Part shown: in pieces, positions 11,901-24,800 of the stretch
How positions within the stretch are numbered: position 1 is the stretch's first letter
Layout: each line of letters starts with the position of its first letter
DNA from: a virus
Taxonomy: Duplodnaviria > Caudoviricetes
DNA length: 64,000 nt
Reading direction: 5' to 3' (one strand)
Virus record (IMG/VR): IMGVR_UViG_3300023178_000006
Notes under the pieces: model-generated
Database searches by the model: none
What the model was told of the DNA's origin: nothing
The model's input: only the letters and a program-made list of their open reading frames with translations
Position numbers and translations under genes: made by a program

Positions 11901-12996
11901 TCGTATTGATGAACAAGGACGTATTTCATTCGCAACAGACATTCCAGTAGAATTACAAGCGAACGCGATTCCTGACTTTACAGAAACTGTACACGACCTT
12001 GTCGGTGAAATGATGAGGAGTAATGTTGAGTTAGGTATTAATGTAGAAGGTGATGATGCAAACGATAAGATTAATTTCAGAACAAATGACTTCGTAATTA
12101 ATTTAACTGGTAGTGTTCTTGGTTCAAATACTGTTGTTCATAACTCAAACGTTGATATCGCAACAACTATTGACTTCTCTACTGCATACCCAACACTTGA
12201 TACGAGATATTTAGAAGTTGCTGGTGATACCGCAACTGGAGATATAGCAGCACCAAGATTCTTAGACTCAGCGAATACTAATTTCTTCATTGACCCTGCT
12301 GGTGATTCACAAATTAAGAACATTCATATTGGTTATCAACAATCAAGTTCACTAGTAAGAATTGTAGATAACTACATGTATTCAGCCGGTAGTGTTATCG
12401 GATTCTTAAATAACGCTCAAGGATTTGGTGCGGTATGGAATAAACAAACAAGTCTATTTGAAGTTTCAGGTGATGTTCAAGCAAATAGATTTATAGATAG
12501 AAACAATACAAACTATCTCATAGATTTAAACGGTAGTGGAAGTAGAATATTAGAAATCGATGTAGACAACTTTGTCGAAATCGGTAATGATATGAAACTG
12601 TTCTCGGATAAAATATATTCACCGAGTGCTATTACACTTGAATCACTAGCATACGAAGTTGATGTTAGTTCTTCTCATATTACAAACGTTCTCGACCCAA
12701 TTAACGCTCAAGATGCAGCGACTAAGAAATACGTTGATGACGAAATTACAGATTTACAATTAGGTGGTATTCAAATATCAGCTCCAGTGGGGAATACAGA
12801 TGTAATTCAACTTGGAGAAACCTTAAACTTTGCCGAAGGTGAAGGAATTGATATAACAGCTAGCAACAATCAGATATTGATTGCTGGTGAATTAGCGAAC
12901 AACACGAACATTGGTGTTGCTTCATTTAACATAAATAACTTTACAGTTACAAGTGGTGATGTAACAGTCACAACACTTGACGGAGGAACTTTTTAA
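8971..12996 (+). CDS. Tail fibre / baseplate-associated structural protein, 1341 aa, with three internal repeats
   Basis: Three copies of IP.G.T..RP....GMIRYNT....FE.Y.G..W.GL.G.V.DVDQDT.I.AE.SP.ADND.L.FFT; several DAATKKYVD-like motifs; overlaps the upstream stop codon. Confidence 0.7.
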   Translation: MSIKVKVKSSKSIRAVPKQDTQTSIVAPGERKPVIVPDSVVLGIDTIGAYVQDIDAGPGIIITPETDTELSNVVVSHANTSNEVSTNNDVLTISRNIDIDQFGHVTSFYNTSLTSLNFTANGTVIQANDFTLGNTSLTIGESTNEIVGLSNFNVGELTLTQDGILGLDDIRLVPGEADDVINVTDHRISNLKNPLFPQDAVTVNYLEQELGTVGDPTDPEDVANKRYVDNVQIAMLNRQTVLAASTADLGGTYTTGNTSYSDTISLSPASTINIDGVTDWELGDGLLVKDQTNPVQNGRYELIQVGALADDWIFQRNRYNDETSEYGLTLAEIPGSFVFVVDGTLNGQTGWVATVNDAETFALNTDDIIYKQFQGHGTFTDGRGLTLTGPLGTEFEVDYTQTFDTINGLSDNLIISSNVVDVNSSGGFIIPVGATSDRPTPDQGMIRYNTTDSRFEAYNGIAWTGLGGVVDVDQDTRIVAESSPGADNDQLQFFTANTEVMRLEADGDLYFGSSLNKLIIDYNSGDATFRGLVTFDSTGAITIPDGTTAQRPTAVRGMIRFNISDQQFEGYDGTAWKGLGGVIDVDQDTKITAEDSPGADNDELKFFTGGTLRYKLAPDGDFQYGDGLNKFTVDWQTGDTNIAGNTDIQGTLNVVGDTTIIGDTDLTGSLEVDSLNVTDLTQNRVLFAGVDGEITDSNDLRWDGSTFTVTGDTDITGNLTLGGNIRIGDADVDTINVVADFTSDLVPNDHLTYTIGSLNKNWNRIFVSQVKSDSGVITFAETGAITLPVGNTSDRPSAATGMLRYNTDDARFEGYDGSNWAGLAGSVIDVDQDTKIIAESSPNADNDELQFFTAGNERFKITANGDITTPANTDLTFTVSGNIDVSNTIITGLADPVNPSDAVNLRFINDNFSSNLDITDGANTGVIDLLDSPRVYIGTGLELGANTALANNEFEIGMEDTGVTAGLYGNDGFTPRIRIDEQGRISFATDIPVELQANAIPDFTETVHDLVGEMMRSNVELGINVEGDDANDKINFRTNDFVINLTGSVLGSNTVVHNSNVDIATTIDFSTAYPTLDTRYLEVAGDTATGDIAAPRFLDSANTNFFIDPAGDSQIKNIHIGYQQSSSLVRIVDNYMYSAGSVIGFLNNAQGFGAVWNKQTSLFEVSGDVQANRFIDRNNTNYLIDLNGSGSRILEIDVDNFVEIGNDMKLFSDKIYSPSAITLESLAYEVDVSSSHITNVLDPINAQDAATKKYVDDEITDLQLGGIQISAPVGNTDVIQLGETLNFAEGEGIDITASNNQILIAGELANNTNIGVASFNINNFTVTSGDVTVTTLDGGTF

Positions 12997-13030
12997 CCTT
13001 CCTATATAGGAGTGAAAAAAGGACATATAT

Positions 13031-15841
13031 ATGTCGACATTAATTAAACTTAGAAGAAGTGCCGTTGCCGGTCGCGTTCCTACTACAGCTCAGTTGGAGT
13101 TGGGCGAACTTGCGATTAACACACAAGACGGTAAAATCTTTATTAAACAATATGATTCAGTTTCAAATACTGAAAGCATCATAGAGTTTAGTGCAGACCC
13201 TAATGACCTTCTTACTTTAATTAAAACTGTCGATGGTGCAGGCTCAGGTCTTGATGCCGACTTATTAGATGGATTAGATTCCACACAATATTTACGTTCA
13301 GATGTAGATGATACATTTGACGCTAACCTCACAATTACTGGTGACCTTACAGTTTCAGGTAATACAACGTATGTTAATACCGAAACAATTCAGTTATCAG
13401 ATAACATTATTACTCTTAACGCAAACTTTACAGGTAATACTGCAACTCAAGACGCCGGTATAGAAGTTGAGAGAGGTGGCGAAACTAATGTAGTATTACA
13501 ATGGAATGAGACCAATAACTATTGGGAGATTGCATCTGGTGGTACCGTAGGCCGTATTCTTACAACAGGAGATGTTGGAAGTGGTAATGGACTAGATGCC
13601 GATTTACTTGATGGACAAGAAGGAACATACTATTTAGATTGGACCAATACAACAAATAAACCCGACCCAAAAATTGATGTTGTTGTTACTGGTGATGTCG
13701 AAGGAAGTGGAAATACAACACTTACAGATGTTACTGATGGTACAATTAATATAAACTTAGAACTTACTGATACTGGAGTAACTCCAGGAACTTATGGTAA
13801 TGCTTCTCAAATTCCAGTCGTTACAGTTGATGTCGATGGAAGAATTACAGCATTATCAAATACCGCAGTTGCTGGTGTAAACGCAACAAATTGGTATTCA
13901 GCAAATAATACCTATGCAATTGAAACAGGTGATGGTTCAACATTCAATACTGTTATTGATGAATTTACAGGACCATTCACAGTCAATGGTGATATCGTTG
14001 TCACTGGTTTAGTTGATGGAAGAGATATTGCATTAGATGGTGCTAAACTTGATTTATTAGAAGATGGATTAGACCTTACATTAACTGGAAAGGTTACTGG
14101 TACAGCATCATCAAATACAGGTGTAATGACCCTTGCTACTGAGTTAGCGAATACAGGTGTTACACCAGGTGTTTATGGTTCCTCTACAGCAATTCCAGTT
14201 TTTACCGTCGATGAAGATGGACGATTAACAACTGCAAATACTGCTGCTGTATCAGGTGTAGAAGATTTCTTCTTTGTAGATGCGAATAATACTATCACTT
14301 TAGAAACAGGTGATGGTACAATATATCTCGCTCATATCGATAAACTCGATAGAATCGAAGAAGACCTTACAATAAACTTACAAGGAAAAGTCACAGGTTC
14401 AGTTACATCAAATACTGGAACTATGACTGTTCAAACCGAACTCGCGAACACGGGCGTCACGCCTGGTACGTACGGGACCGCTTCACAAATTCCAGTTTTA
14501 ACAATTGATGAAGATGGACGTATAACATCTGCGAGTAATACAGCTGTTGCTGGTGTTGATGCTACAAACTGGTATAGCGCAAATAATACATTCGCTATTG
14601 AAACAGGTGATGGTAGTGTATTCAACACAGTCATAGATTCTTTCAACGATATAAGTGCAAATAACATTAGTGTTAGTGGTACAGTTGATGGAAGAGATAT
14701 TGCAGCTGATGGTTTAAAATTAGATGGTATAGAATCTAACGCGACAGCAGACCAAACTGCTGCAGAGATTCTTACCGAAATCAAGTCAGTGGATGGTGCA
14801 GGGTCGGGACTTGATGCAGACCTACTTGATGGTCTGCATGCCTCGGATATTTTAGCTCAAGCAGCTAATACCGCATCTTCTGGTGTTGGTAATGGTTTAA
14901 TTACTATTACCGCAAACAACGGGTTAATTGGTAGTGGTGGTTTTAATCTTAATGATTTCTCAAATACTACAATCGACATCGAACACGCAGACACATCTTC
15001 TCAACCAAGTATTTTAGGTTCTGGTGGAGATGTCATACAAGATGTTATACTCGACACATACGGACATGTAACAGGTTTAACACAAGTTGATTTTGATAAT
15101 AGGTACTATACTGAAACAGAATTAGATGCAGGTCAGCTTGACAATAGATATTATACAGAAACAGAATTAGATGCAGGTCAATTAGATAACAGATATTATA
15201 CAGAAACAGAAACTAATAATTTACTTGACCTTAAAACAGATAAAACAACACAGATTATAGCTGGTGCTGGTCTTACTGATGGTGGACCATTATCGGCAAA
15301 CGTGACAATTAGTCACGCAGATACAAGTAGTGTAGCAAATGTTTCAGTGACTGGTAATGACGTTATTGAAAGTTTAAATTTCGATACTTTCGGTCACGTC
15401 TTATCACATACAACTAAAACATTAAGCTTCCTAACTCAAGCACAAGCAGATGCTAGATATGTAAATGTAACTGGTGATACAATGACCGGTGCACTTACAG
15501 TTTCCAATACGATTTCTTTAGAAGCTGCTACATTTGATTCAGAAGAAAAATTATCGATAGGAACATCTCAATTTACTGCTTACAGTTTTGACGCAACACA
15601 ATATGGTGGTGCTGAAATAATTGTTGTAGCAACATTGGGAACCGCTAAACATATTAGTAAGTTACTCATAACACATGATGGCTCAACTGCTTATGCAACT
15701 GAGTTTGGTGAGGTAACTACTGGTTCTGTTCTAGCAACATTTGATGTTACATATAATAGTGGTGACGTAGAGTTTAAGATTACTCCTTCAAACAGTAGTT
15801 ATAAAACATACAAACTGCAGGTAACACTTATAGAAATTTAA
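13031..15841 (+). CDS. Tail fibre protein, 936 aa
   Basis: N-terminal IKLRRSAVAGRVPTTAQLELGELAINTQDGKIF anchor typical of phage fibres; GLDADLLDG motifs; three GVTPG.YG...IP..TVD.DGR repeats. Confidence 0.75.
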   Translation: MSTLIKLRRSAVAGRVPTTAQLELGELAINTQDGKIFIKQYDSVSNTESIIEFSADPNDLLTLIKTVDGAGSGLDADLLDGLDSTQYLRSDVDDTFDANLTITGDLTVSGNTTYVNTETIQLSDNIITLNANFTGNTATQDAGIEVERGGETNVVLQWNETNNYWEIASGGTVGRILTTGDVGSGNGLDADLLDGQEGTYYLDWTNTTNKPDPKIDVVVTGDVEGSGNTTLTDVTDGTININLELTDTGVTPGTYGNASQIPVVTVDVDGRITALSNTAVAGVNATNWYSANNTYAIETGDGSTFNTVIDEFTGPFTVNGDIVVTGLVDGRDIALDGAKLDLLEDGLDLTLTGKVTGTASSNTGVMTLATELANTGVTPGVYGSSTAIPVFTVDEDGRLTTANTAAVSGVEDFFFVDANNTITLETGDGTIYLAHIDKLDRIEEDLTINLQGKVTGSVTSNTGTMTVQTELANTGVTPGTYGTASQIPVLTIDEDGRITSASNTAVAGVDATNWYSANNTFAIETGDGSVFNTVIDSFNDISANNISVSGTVDGRDIAADGLKLDGIESNATADQTAAEILTEIKSVDGAGSGLDADLLDGLHASDILAQAANTASSGVGNGLITITANNGLIGSGGFNLNDFSNTTIDIEHADTSSQPSILGSGGDVIQDVILDTYGHVTGLTQVDFDNRYYTETELDAGQLDNRYYTETELDAGQLDNRYYTETETNNLLDLKTDKTTQIIAGAGLTDGGPLSANVTISHADTSSVANVSVTGNDVIESLNFDTFGHVLSHTTKTLSFLTQAQADARYVNVTGDTMTGALTVSNTISLEAATFDSEEKLSIGTSQFTAYSFDATQYGGAEIIVVATLGTAKHISKLLITHDGSTAYATEFGEVTTGSVLATFDVTYNSGDVEFKITPSNSSYKTYKLQVTLIEI
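15095..15211 (+). repeat. 45-bp coding tandem repeat (about 2.6 copies) encoding DNRYYTETELDAGQL
   Basis: Units start at 15095, 15140 and 15185 and are near-identical at DNA level. Confidence 0.9.
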
Positions 15842-15895
15842 TAAATAGAAAAGTAATTACAATATAAAATCGCCTGACTGGGGAGAGTGAACCGA

Positions 15896-18800
15896 ATGGC
15901 AAACGACAAAAAATTTATAGTCAAGAATGGTCTCTTGACTCCTGAAAACGCTGTTATTGGTACAACGACTGATAATGGTGTGGACCAACTTCAGGTCACA
16001 GGAACAACAAATTTATCCGGTGAAGCTAGTATATCTAGCAACACTGCTTCGTCTGCTACTCTCGATGTTCATAACTTCTTAGGTGCTGGTTCTTCCACAA
16101 TCGTAGCCACATTCCGTGGTGATTCTGATGCTCTTCAAGTTAAGAATATTGGCACGGGTGATTACTCAATCGTTAACACTCAACAGAATAATGGTATTAT
16201 CTTCTATGATAGTACACCTGGTGTTGTTATTCAATATAATGGTAGTGACCGTTTAAATATTGATTCAACAGGAAACCACTTTACTGGTTTATCAACAACA
16301 GACATTGATGGAAACAGAATTATTACCACGGCCGATGAGGGTCCTGGTAATGGTTTTGATGCAGACACAGTTGATGGTTTAGAAGCTGCATCCTTCTTAC
16401 GTTCTGATGCTGACGATACAGGTACTGGAAATTATATCTTTACAAAAGATTTAACAGTAAATCAAAATGTTCAGATTGACGGCGACCTTACAGTTTCTGG
16501 TAATACAACTTATGTAGATACAGAAACAATTCTTTTATCTGATAATATTATCACACTCAACGCAAACCATTCTGGTGCTCCAACACAAAATGCTGGTTGG
16601 GAAGTCAATAGAGGTTCATCTGCAAATTCAGGTGTTCTTTGGGACGAAACAAATGATTGGTTTAAATTAAATTCTGCAGGTAATGATTTAGGTCGTATTA
16701 TTACAACAGCTGATGAAGGTCCAGGCAATGGGTTTGATGCTGATACTGTTGATGGATTAGAAGGCGCTCAATTCTTAAGGTCAGATGTTGATGATACAGC
16801 GAATGGTGTTATTACATTTGCAAACTCTTCAACGATTTTTGGTGATGGTACTGGTGCAGTTACAATTACCTATGATGTTTCTGGTAATAATAGACAAATA
16901 TATGTTAATGCTGGTGTTTGGGGTATTCTAAACCAGACAGCAGGTTTTGGAATGAGCTTAGACTCTAATGATGATTTATACATCAATAGAGATATAAGAG
17001 CAAATCGTCATATAACCGCAGACGATAATATTACCTCAACCGCGGGGAATATTGAAGCAACCGCAGGTTCGGTAACTGCCGGGACTACAGTAAACGCAGG
17101 GACAAACGTTGTTGCAGGTGGTACAGTTACTGGTACTCAATTTATTGATGCTGATGATTCAGGTTATTATTTAAATCCAAATGATACATCTATTCTACAA
17201 ACTGTAGGTATTGACGACAATTTAATTCATAATGGAAACCAAGATACAAGACTTGCTTTCACGACAGACACTATTAAATTAGATACTGACGGAACCACAA
17301 GATTAACAGCAAATAATACTGGAGTTCATATTGATAATCTCAATGTTGGAACTCTTATTGCTGATTCAGGTTCGTTTAACACAGAAGTTGAATCTCCAAT
17401 TTATTACGATAAAGACGACCGAAATTATTATGGAGATTTTGCTGGTGATTCTCAGATGAACACCATCGATATCGATGATTATGTTCGTCATAGAGGAGAC
17501 ACAAATACTTACTTTGGATTTAATGGTAATGACCAAGCTGTAATATACACTGGTGGTACCGAAGCACTATTCGCTAATAACACAATTGTAAGAACAACAA
17601 GAACATTACAAGTTTCAAAATTCCAAGATGCTGATGACCCATCATATGAAGTAGACCCAGCGGGTACTTCAATAATGAACACCATAGGAATTGATGATTA
17701 CATCTTCCACAATGGTGATACAGACACATATTTTGGATTTAACGCTAATGACAACTATCAAATATTTACAGGTGGTACTCAAAGGTTAGAAGTCAATGGT
17801 ACATTTATTACTGGTGCCGTTGATGGTTTCTTCCCTAATTTATATGCAGCAAGGTATTACGACAGTGGTAATGCTACTTATTATGGAGATTTTGCAAGTA
17901 CATCTCGTGTAAATGATATTAGTTTAGTTGGTCAAATTATTCATGACGGTGATACAGACACTTACTTAGATTTCAATGGTGCAGATTCTTTCCAAGTCGT
18001 AACAGGTGGTTCTCAAAGATTATTAGTTAACAATACTTATGTGTTAGCAAATAACCAAATGCGTTCACCTATCTATTATGATAATAATGATACTGCGTAT
18101 TACGGTGACTTTGCTTCTACATCACAAATGAATCGTATTGATATTAATGATTATATCAGACATCGTGGTGATACAAATACCTTCATGGGATTTGATGCTA
18201 ATGATAGTATTACATTCCAAACTGGTGGTGCTGAAAGAGTTAATATTACTGATGCGAATACAACATTCTATCAACCAATAACTGTTCAAGGTGATGTAAT
18301 TGGTGATAGGTTCGTTGATAGACAAAGTAATTCATACTACGTAAACCCAGCAGATACTGCAGTCAGTGGTACGTTTGCTGGTGGTTTAAGAATCGGAAAC
18401 ATTTCTGATTACGCTAACTGGGACGATAACTCAGGTAATGGTGGTATCGGAATTGCGGGTCACGGTGCAATTGCTGCAGGTCAAAACCCAACAATCACAG
18501 TATCAGGTAATTATTCTGGTGGATACGCATTATTATATCTAAACAGAATTGACCCAACGACAAACCCAACAAACAACGGTCAAAGATATATTCACTTCTA
18601 TCATGATGGTACATCAGGTGGTTCAATACGTGGTGATAGCTTTGGTAATCTATACAACGTAAATAATGCTGGAAGTACATGGGGATTCTGGACATCAGGT
18701 TATACCGAAACATTAATTGCTGATGATAGTGGAAATGTTATGGTTCAAGCTGGTTCTTCACCAACATACACAGATGGTGGAGATAATACAGCACTTACAA

Positions 18801-21800
18801 CAACTCCAAGTAATCCTGTTCTTCATGTCGGCGGTTCAATTTATCTAAATGGGAATGACGACGGAATTATATTTGGTCGTGGTACAGCATCATTCTTAAA
18901 AGATGAAGAACTTGCCTTTGGTTGGGGCGGCGGTTGGTACATGCAAGATGGTACATATCTCCGTGTCAGAAATAACAAAACAATTTACTCAACCGGTGAT
19001 GCATGGTTCAATAGAGTCTATGCTCAACAAAATCAAGCTTACTACCTAGACCCAGATGGTGATTCACAATTAAACACTGTTGACATTGATGATTACATTC
19101 GTCATCGTGGTGATACAAATACATATATCGGTTTTGCTGCTAATGACACATTTAGAGTTTGGACAAATGGAAATCAAAGATTAAACATTGATAACGACTC
19201 TGCTGATTTCTCTATTAATGTTTACGCTCCAAGATACTATGATTCAAACGACAATGCTTTCTATGCTGACCCTGCTGGAACTTCAATATTCAGAAGATTA
19301 AATGTATATAGTGGAGAAACAACAGGTGAACTTAATGTTGGTCGTGGTTCAACACAAAGATTTAGGCATTATATTACAGACGGCATTGGATACATTCAAT
19401 ACTGGCAAGATGAAACAGATGGAACAGACCACTCAGTAAGATTTGAAATTCTTTCAAGTTCTTCTGGTGCAAACATATTCCAGTTTAATAGACCAATTGT
19501 TTTAACTTCAAACCAAACAGTTACAGCATCTAAGTTTATAGATTCAGATGATACAAGATATTACTTAGACCCTAACGCAACTGGTAACCCAGGAAATATT
19601 TCTGGTGTATTTAATGGTGCTGTATCATTCGGTTTACCAGGCAATGGTACTGCAAACAATGCTGAAGCTCAGAAAGGTAGATGGTTATCTATTGAAGGTA
19701 ATGCTGATACTTCAGGTGAAGGTTCATCAAGAATATTCTTCACAGAACATAACAGTACAACAGGTTCAATGTCCGCTTATGGTATGTCACTTGGATATCG
19801 TGGTGGTTCTACAAGTATTGTTGGTGCTGATGGAAACACTTGGACAGGTTTAGGTCAAATCAGTAACGGTCAATGGGGACTGTGGGGACACGACGGAAAC
19901 GCAACTGGTCAATGGGCAATGAGAGGTCCAAGGTCTGGTTCTTTTGTTCAGGCATCTGGTTCATTCCGCGCTCCAATTTTCTATGATAGTAACAATACAA
20001 ACTTTTATGTAGACCCAAATAGTTCTTCAAGAATGGATACCATTGTTCTCAATGATGGAGTTACATTAAGGTCACCAAATGGAGATTATGGTTCATTTGC
20101 GATTGATGGAGCAGCAAGAAATGGTTGGGAAGGATTCTCAATCGGTGACCGCATGGTATTCATGCATGATAATTCAAACACAGTCGGTGTTTACAATGAT
20201 GTAGATAACGAATGGATTTGGTATGCTGAACGTAACTCATACATGAGATTAATGTATAATGGCGGCGAACAAGCAAGAACAGACAACGGGTACTTTAGAG
20301 CAAATAACCAATTACGTACTCCAATATTCTACGACTTAAATAATACGGCATTCTACGTAGACCCTAATTCAACTTCAAACATTCAAAACTTAATTGTTAA
20401 TGGTACATTTACTCAAGGTGGTTATGAACAAAATAACCCAGTAGAATCTCGTTGGTATCAACAAGGTACATATAGTTATAGCACATCACAAACACCTAAT
20501 ACACAATATTACTGGATTCCAGTTGGTGTTACAAATAATGGTGGTGCAAAAGGTTTCTTAGAATATTACGCTAAAGACGATGTAAACTATAGTGGTAATG
20601 TTATTGGTAGAATTGTAATCAGTTCATGGAACAACTCATCTATTTCTATTGACCATCATACAACTGGTCCACTTAACAGTGCAGTACCAAAAGTTCGTGT
20701 TGATAACAACAACAGAATTTGGATGCAGATGGATGGCATCACTTGGGATTCTTATGTAAGATGGCACTGGGTTGCAATATCAGGTATCACAATAGAAGAT
20801 GGTAGTGCTAGACAATTAACAACACCTGCAAATTCTATTGAAATCTTAACTGGTCAACAAGTAAGAGCAACTCTTGGAAATGTTACTGGTGCTAGTGTTA
20901 CGAATACAAGACATCACTTCGGTGAAATTGAAGTAAGAGGTCAAACACGCTCACCAATTTATTATGATTTAGATAACACAGGATATTTTGGAGACTTTGC
21001 TTCTCGTTCAAGATTTAATACTTTAGAATTAGGAAACCAAGGTGCCCTAACAAGTTCTACTTCATATCCATTAGGAATCTATCATAATAACAGATACTTA
21101 ATTGGTTTCAGAAACAGTGGTGCTGATGCTAACTATCCTTGGTTAGTCCACGATAATGTCAATGGTAAATCTGCATTTATTATTCACTTTAATGGTAAAG
21201 GTGATAGATTCTATGTAGATGAAGATGGTGATACAGTATTCTCAGGAGATATTACTGCAGACGAAATGTTTGCAAGAAGATTTGTAGATACAGATAACAA
21301 TTCATATTTTGTAGACCCAGCAAGTAACTCGTTTATGGCGAGTATTACTTTACAACAAAACACTGTAGGACAAGCTTATGCTGGGGTTGCAACGCAACCA
21401 ACATATTATATTGGACAACAACGTGGTGACAATGATGCTTGGAAGATTTATGGTGAATCACCCGGTGGTACAAACACAGGTAACTTAATCCTTCAATCAG
21501 AAGACGATTATGATAGTAATGAATCAATAAGATTCAGATTCAAGCGTACTTATGGTGCTTATGATACTAATGACGTATTACAAGCTTTCTATAACTATGT
21601 TTATTCACCAAGCAGTTTCCGTTCACCTATCTTCTATGATAGTAATAACACTGCATACTATGCAAATCCAGCATCTCAATCACACTTTAATACATTAACA
21701 CTTCAAGGTAATAGATTAGGATTTGTTAACTCGTCGTTTGATGCAGAGATACGAGTATCTGATAATAACCCAGACGGTACAGGTGCAACATTTGAATTCT

Positions 21801-24800
21801 GGGGTGACCAAGTTCAGTACAATGCTGAAGTAGCGTCTGAAGTATTCCGTGCAACAAGACACATGCGTGCACCTATCTACTATGATGGTAATGATGCAAA
21901 CTTTTACCTAGACCCTAACAGTATTTCTATTTTAAATGATGTTAGAGCAAGTATTTTCTACGATAGAGATAATACTAACTATTATGTCAATCCAGCTGGT
22001 ACTTCAGTAACAAATGTAATGAGAGCTCAGCGTTTTGCACACGTTGATGATGTTTCACAAAACGACGTATTTGGTTTATACTTTAGTGCTAACCAAAGTG
22101 ATGCTTATGCTATCTACCGCGAAGGCGGTGCTTGGACTAACCCTTATCCTGATTTAAGAATTGCTTTCCACACCGGTATTAAGTTTGGTGCTAATGCTTC
22201 TTACCAAGGTATGCGTTTCTATACTGATTATAACATGGTAACTCAGGTCATGTCAGTCAATAATAGTTCAGACCCATTAGGTGGCGGTAACGTATATGTT
22301 AATAATAACTTACAAGCCGGTTCTTCATTAAGAGCTCCAATATTCTACGATAGTAATAATACAAACTTTTATGCAAACCCGCTTGGAACATCTAGATTCC
22401 AAGTACTTCAAATGGTACCAACCGCAGGATATAACAGTACTGGTGGCACACCTGCAACCGTAAGACTTGGTGATGAAACAAATAATACTAATGCAACTCT
22501 ACAAGAAAGTAGAAGACCAGACATAACTCTAAGAGGACAATATCCTCAGTTGAATATTATGTCATCTCGTATTAATAACGGTACTCACGGTCCTACTCTA
22601 AGATTTGTTGCCTATGATAGTGCTAATGCTTCTTCAGGTAACTTTAAGCATTGGGTAATTGGTACTTCTGGTACAAATGCAACATCGTTACACTTCGGTT
22701 ATTCACCTAACCAATCAAACCCACACTATGGTATTGGTCAAGGTTGGTCAAGTGGTAACAACGTTTCTATATTCTGGATACAAAATGACCGTAACGTATA
22801 TGCAGAAAATGATATGCGTGCTAGACGTTTCGTTGATAGGGATAACACATCTTACTTTACACACCCTGCTGACAGGTCAGATTTATATGATTTAAGATTA
22901 CGTAGTAATTATGTAAGAACATATTATCATTCAGGTTCTAACTTTGTTAATGGTACTCTTGTAAGAACAAGTATTCCTGCGACAGCAACCAACGGTGCTT
23001 CTTATGTATTAGAAGCAACAGGTAAATCATATTCAGGTGATGCACCATTCTCATTCATAGCTCAAGGTTACTTATACGCTAATACAATCATTAACCATTC
23101 TGGTCAACACTTTGGTAAGGCCGGGTTCACCACAATGCGCGCATTTGAAAATGGTGGAGTATTATGTTTCTGGTGGCCAAGAGTATCTTATTGGAACTCA
23201 TTCGCCGTTCACGTAAGAAACGCAAATGGTGATGATAGAAACTTAGTCACAAGTGTTTCAAACTCTTCGTTGCCAAGTTACTCGAAAGGTGTAACAACAA
23301 CAATGAGAACAACTGCGGTATATAACACCAACATTAATACAGGTGATATGTACGCAACACGTTATTATGATAGTAATAACACAGCTTACTATGGAGACTT
23401 TGCTTCAACATCAAGAATGAATGAAGTATCAGTCAATAGAACAAATCACTTGGGCGGAGCTCCTGCTTACTTCTATACAAGTTCAGGCAACTTGCGCGGA
23501 TATATTCGTGCAACTGAATCTAATGATTCTCACTTTGAATTTGCTACATCAGGTGGAGAGGATTTCATCTTCCGTGATGGTGGATTCGGAGGTTCTTGGA
23601 ATCAAATCATTCGTGGTAATGGTCATGTATTAGTATCGTCAAGATTTGATACTCCTATTATGTATGATAGGAATAATACTGGTTACTATGTCAATCCAGC
23701 CGGTGCTTCACAATTCTCATCTGTTTATGCAAATGACTGGTTTAGACCACAAGGTGGAACTGGTGTTTATTGGCAGGATTATGGTTATGGTATACGTTCA
23801 GCGGGTGGTGAAGGAAACCCATACGGAAACATCGCAACTTACAACACTGGTAGAAATGGTTGGAGTGGTTATGGTATAGGTACTCGATGGACTCTGATGT
23901 CCACAGAGGGTAACAACTGGGGTATGCATGATAATTCTCGTGGTTGGAACTACTACTATAACGGTTCATATCATAGATTCTATTATGGATATGTTTATTC
24001 AAGTGAATCTTTCCGTGCTCCAATATTCTATGATTTAGATAACACTGGTTATTATGGAAACTTTGCTGGCGATACTAACTGGCAAGGTCTAACTGCTCGT
24101 GGTCAAGCAATGATTGGATTGCCTGGTCATACAAGAAGTGGTGCAATAAGTAACTACGGTAGAAGACCTAATATTACAGGTGACTCAAACTATTGGACAG
24201 GTTCCAAAGGTTGGGGTAGAGTAAATATGAACACAGTCGGTGACTGGGGTTCAGGCTTCTTCGATTCATGGTCAAACCCACCTAACCAACCTTCAGGTAC
24301 ATCTCACTGGGTTGGTGTTCAAGCATATCACTACACTAATGGTTCAGCAAGGTATGGTTGGCAGTTAGCGGGTGGTCCAATTGCTAACTTAAGATTTAGA
24401 AATACTTGGTCAGGATTCTCAAGTTGGAAAACTGTTCCAATGTTGGATGTTAACAGTTCCAACGGTGGTTCAATGTATGCTGGTCGTTATTATGATTCTA
24501 ATAACACAGGATATTATGGAGACTTTGCATCTACATCGAGAATGAATGTCATTGACATCAATGAAGGTTATAACTACGGTTGGTGGAGAAATAGAAACGC
24601 AGGCCAAGGTTTATATAACCAATCTACAGGTCGACACTTCTATAGCCCAGGGTCAACATATTGGCATCTAGACGGTGCAAGTGGCTCAGGTGGATTGATT
24701 ATATATGACCGTTATAACGGTTCTCAAGGAAGTAGTACAGGTCGTCGTGGTTATCTTTACTATAATAGTTCAGGTTTTGGATTATTAAACAGTTCAGGAA

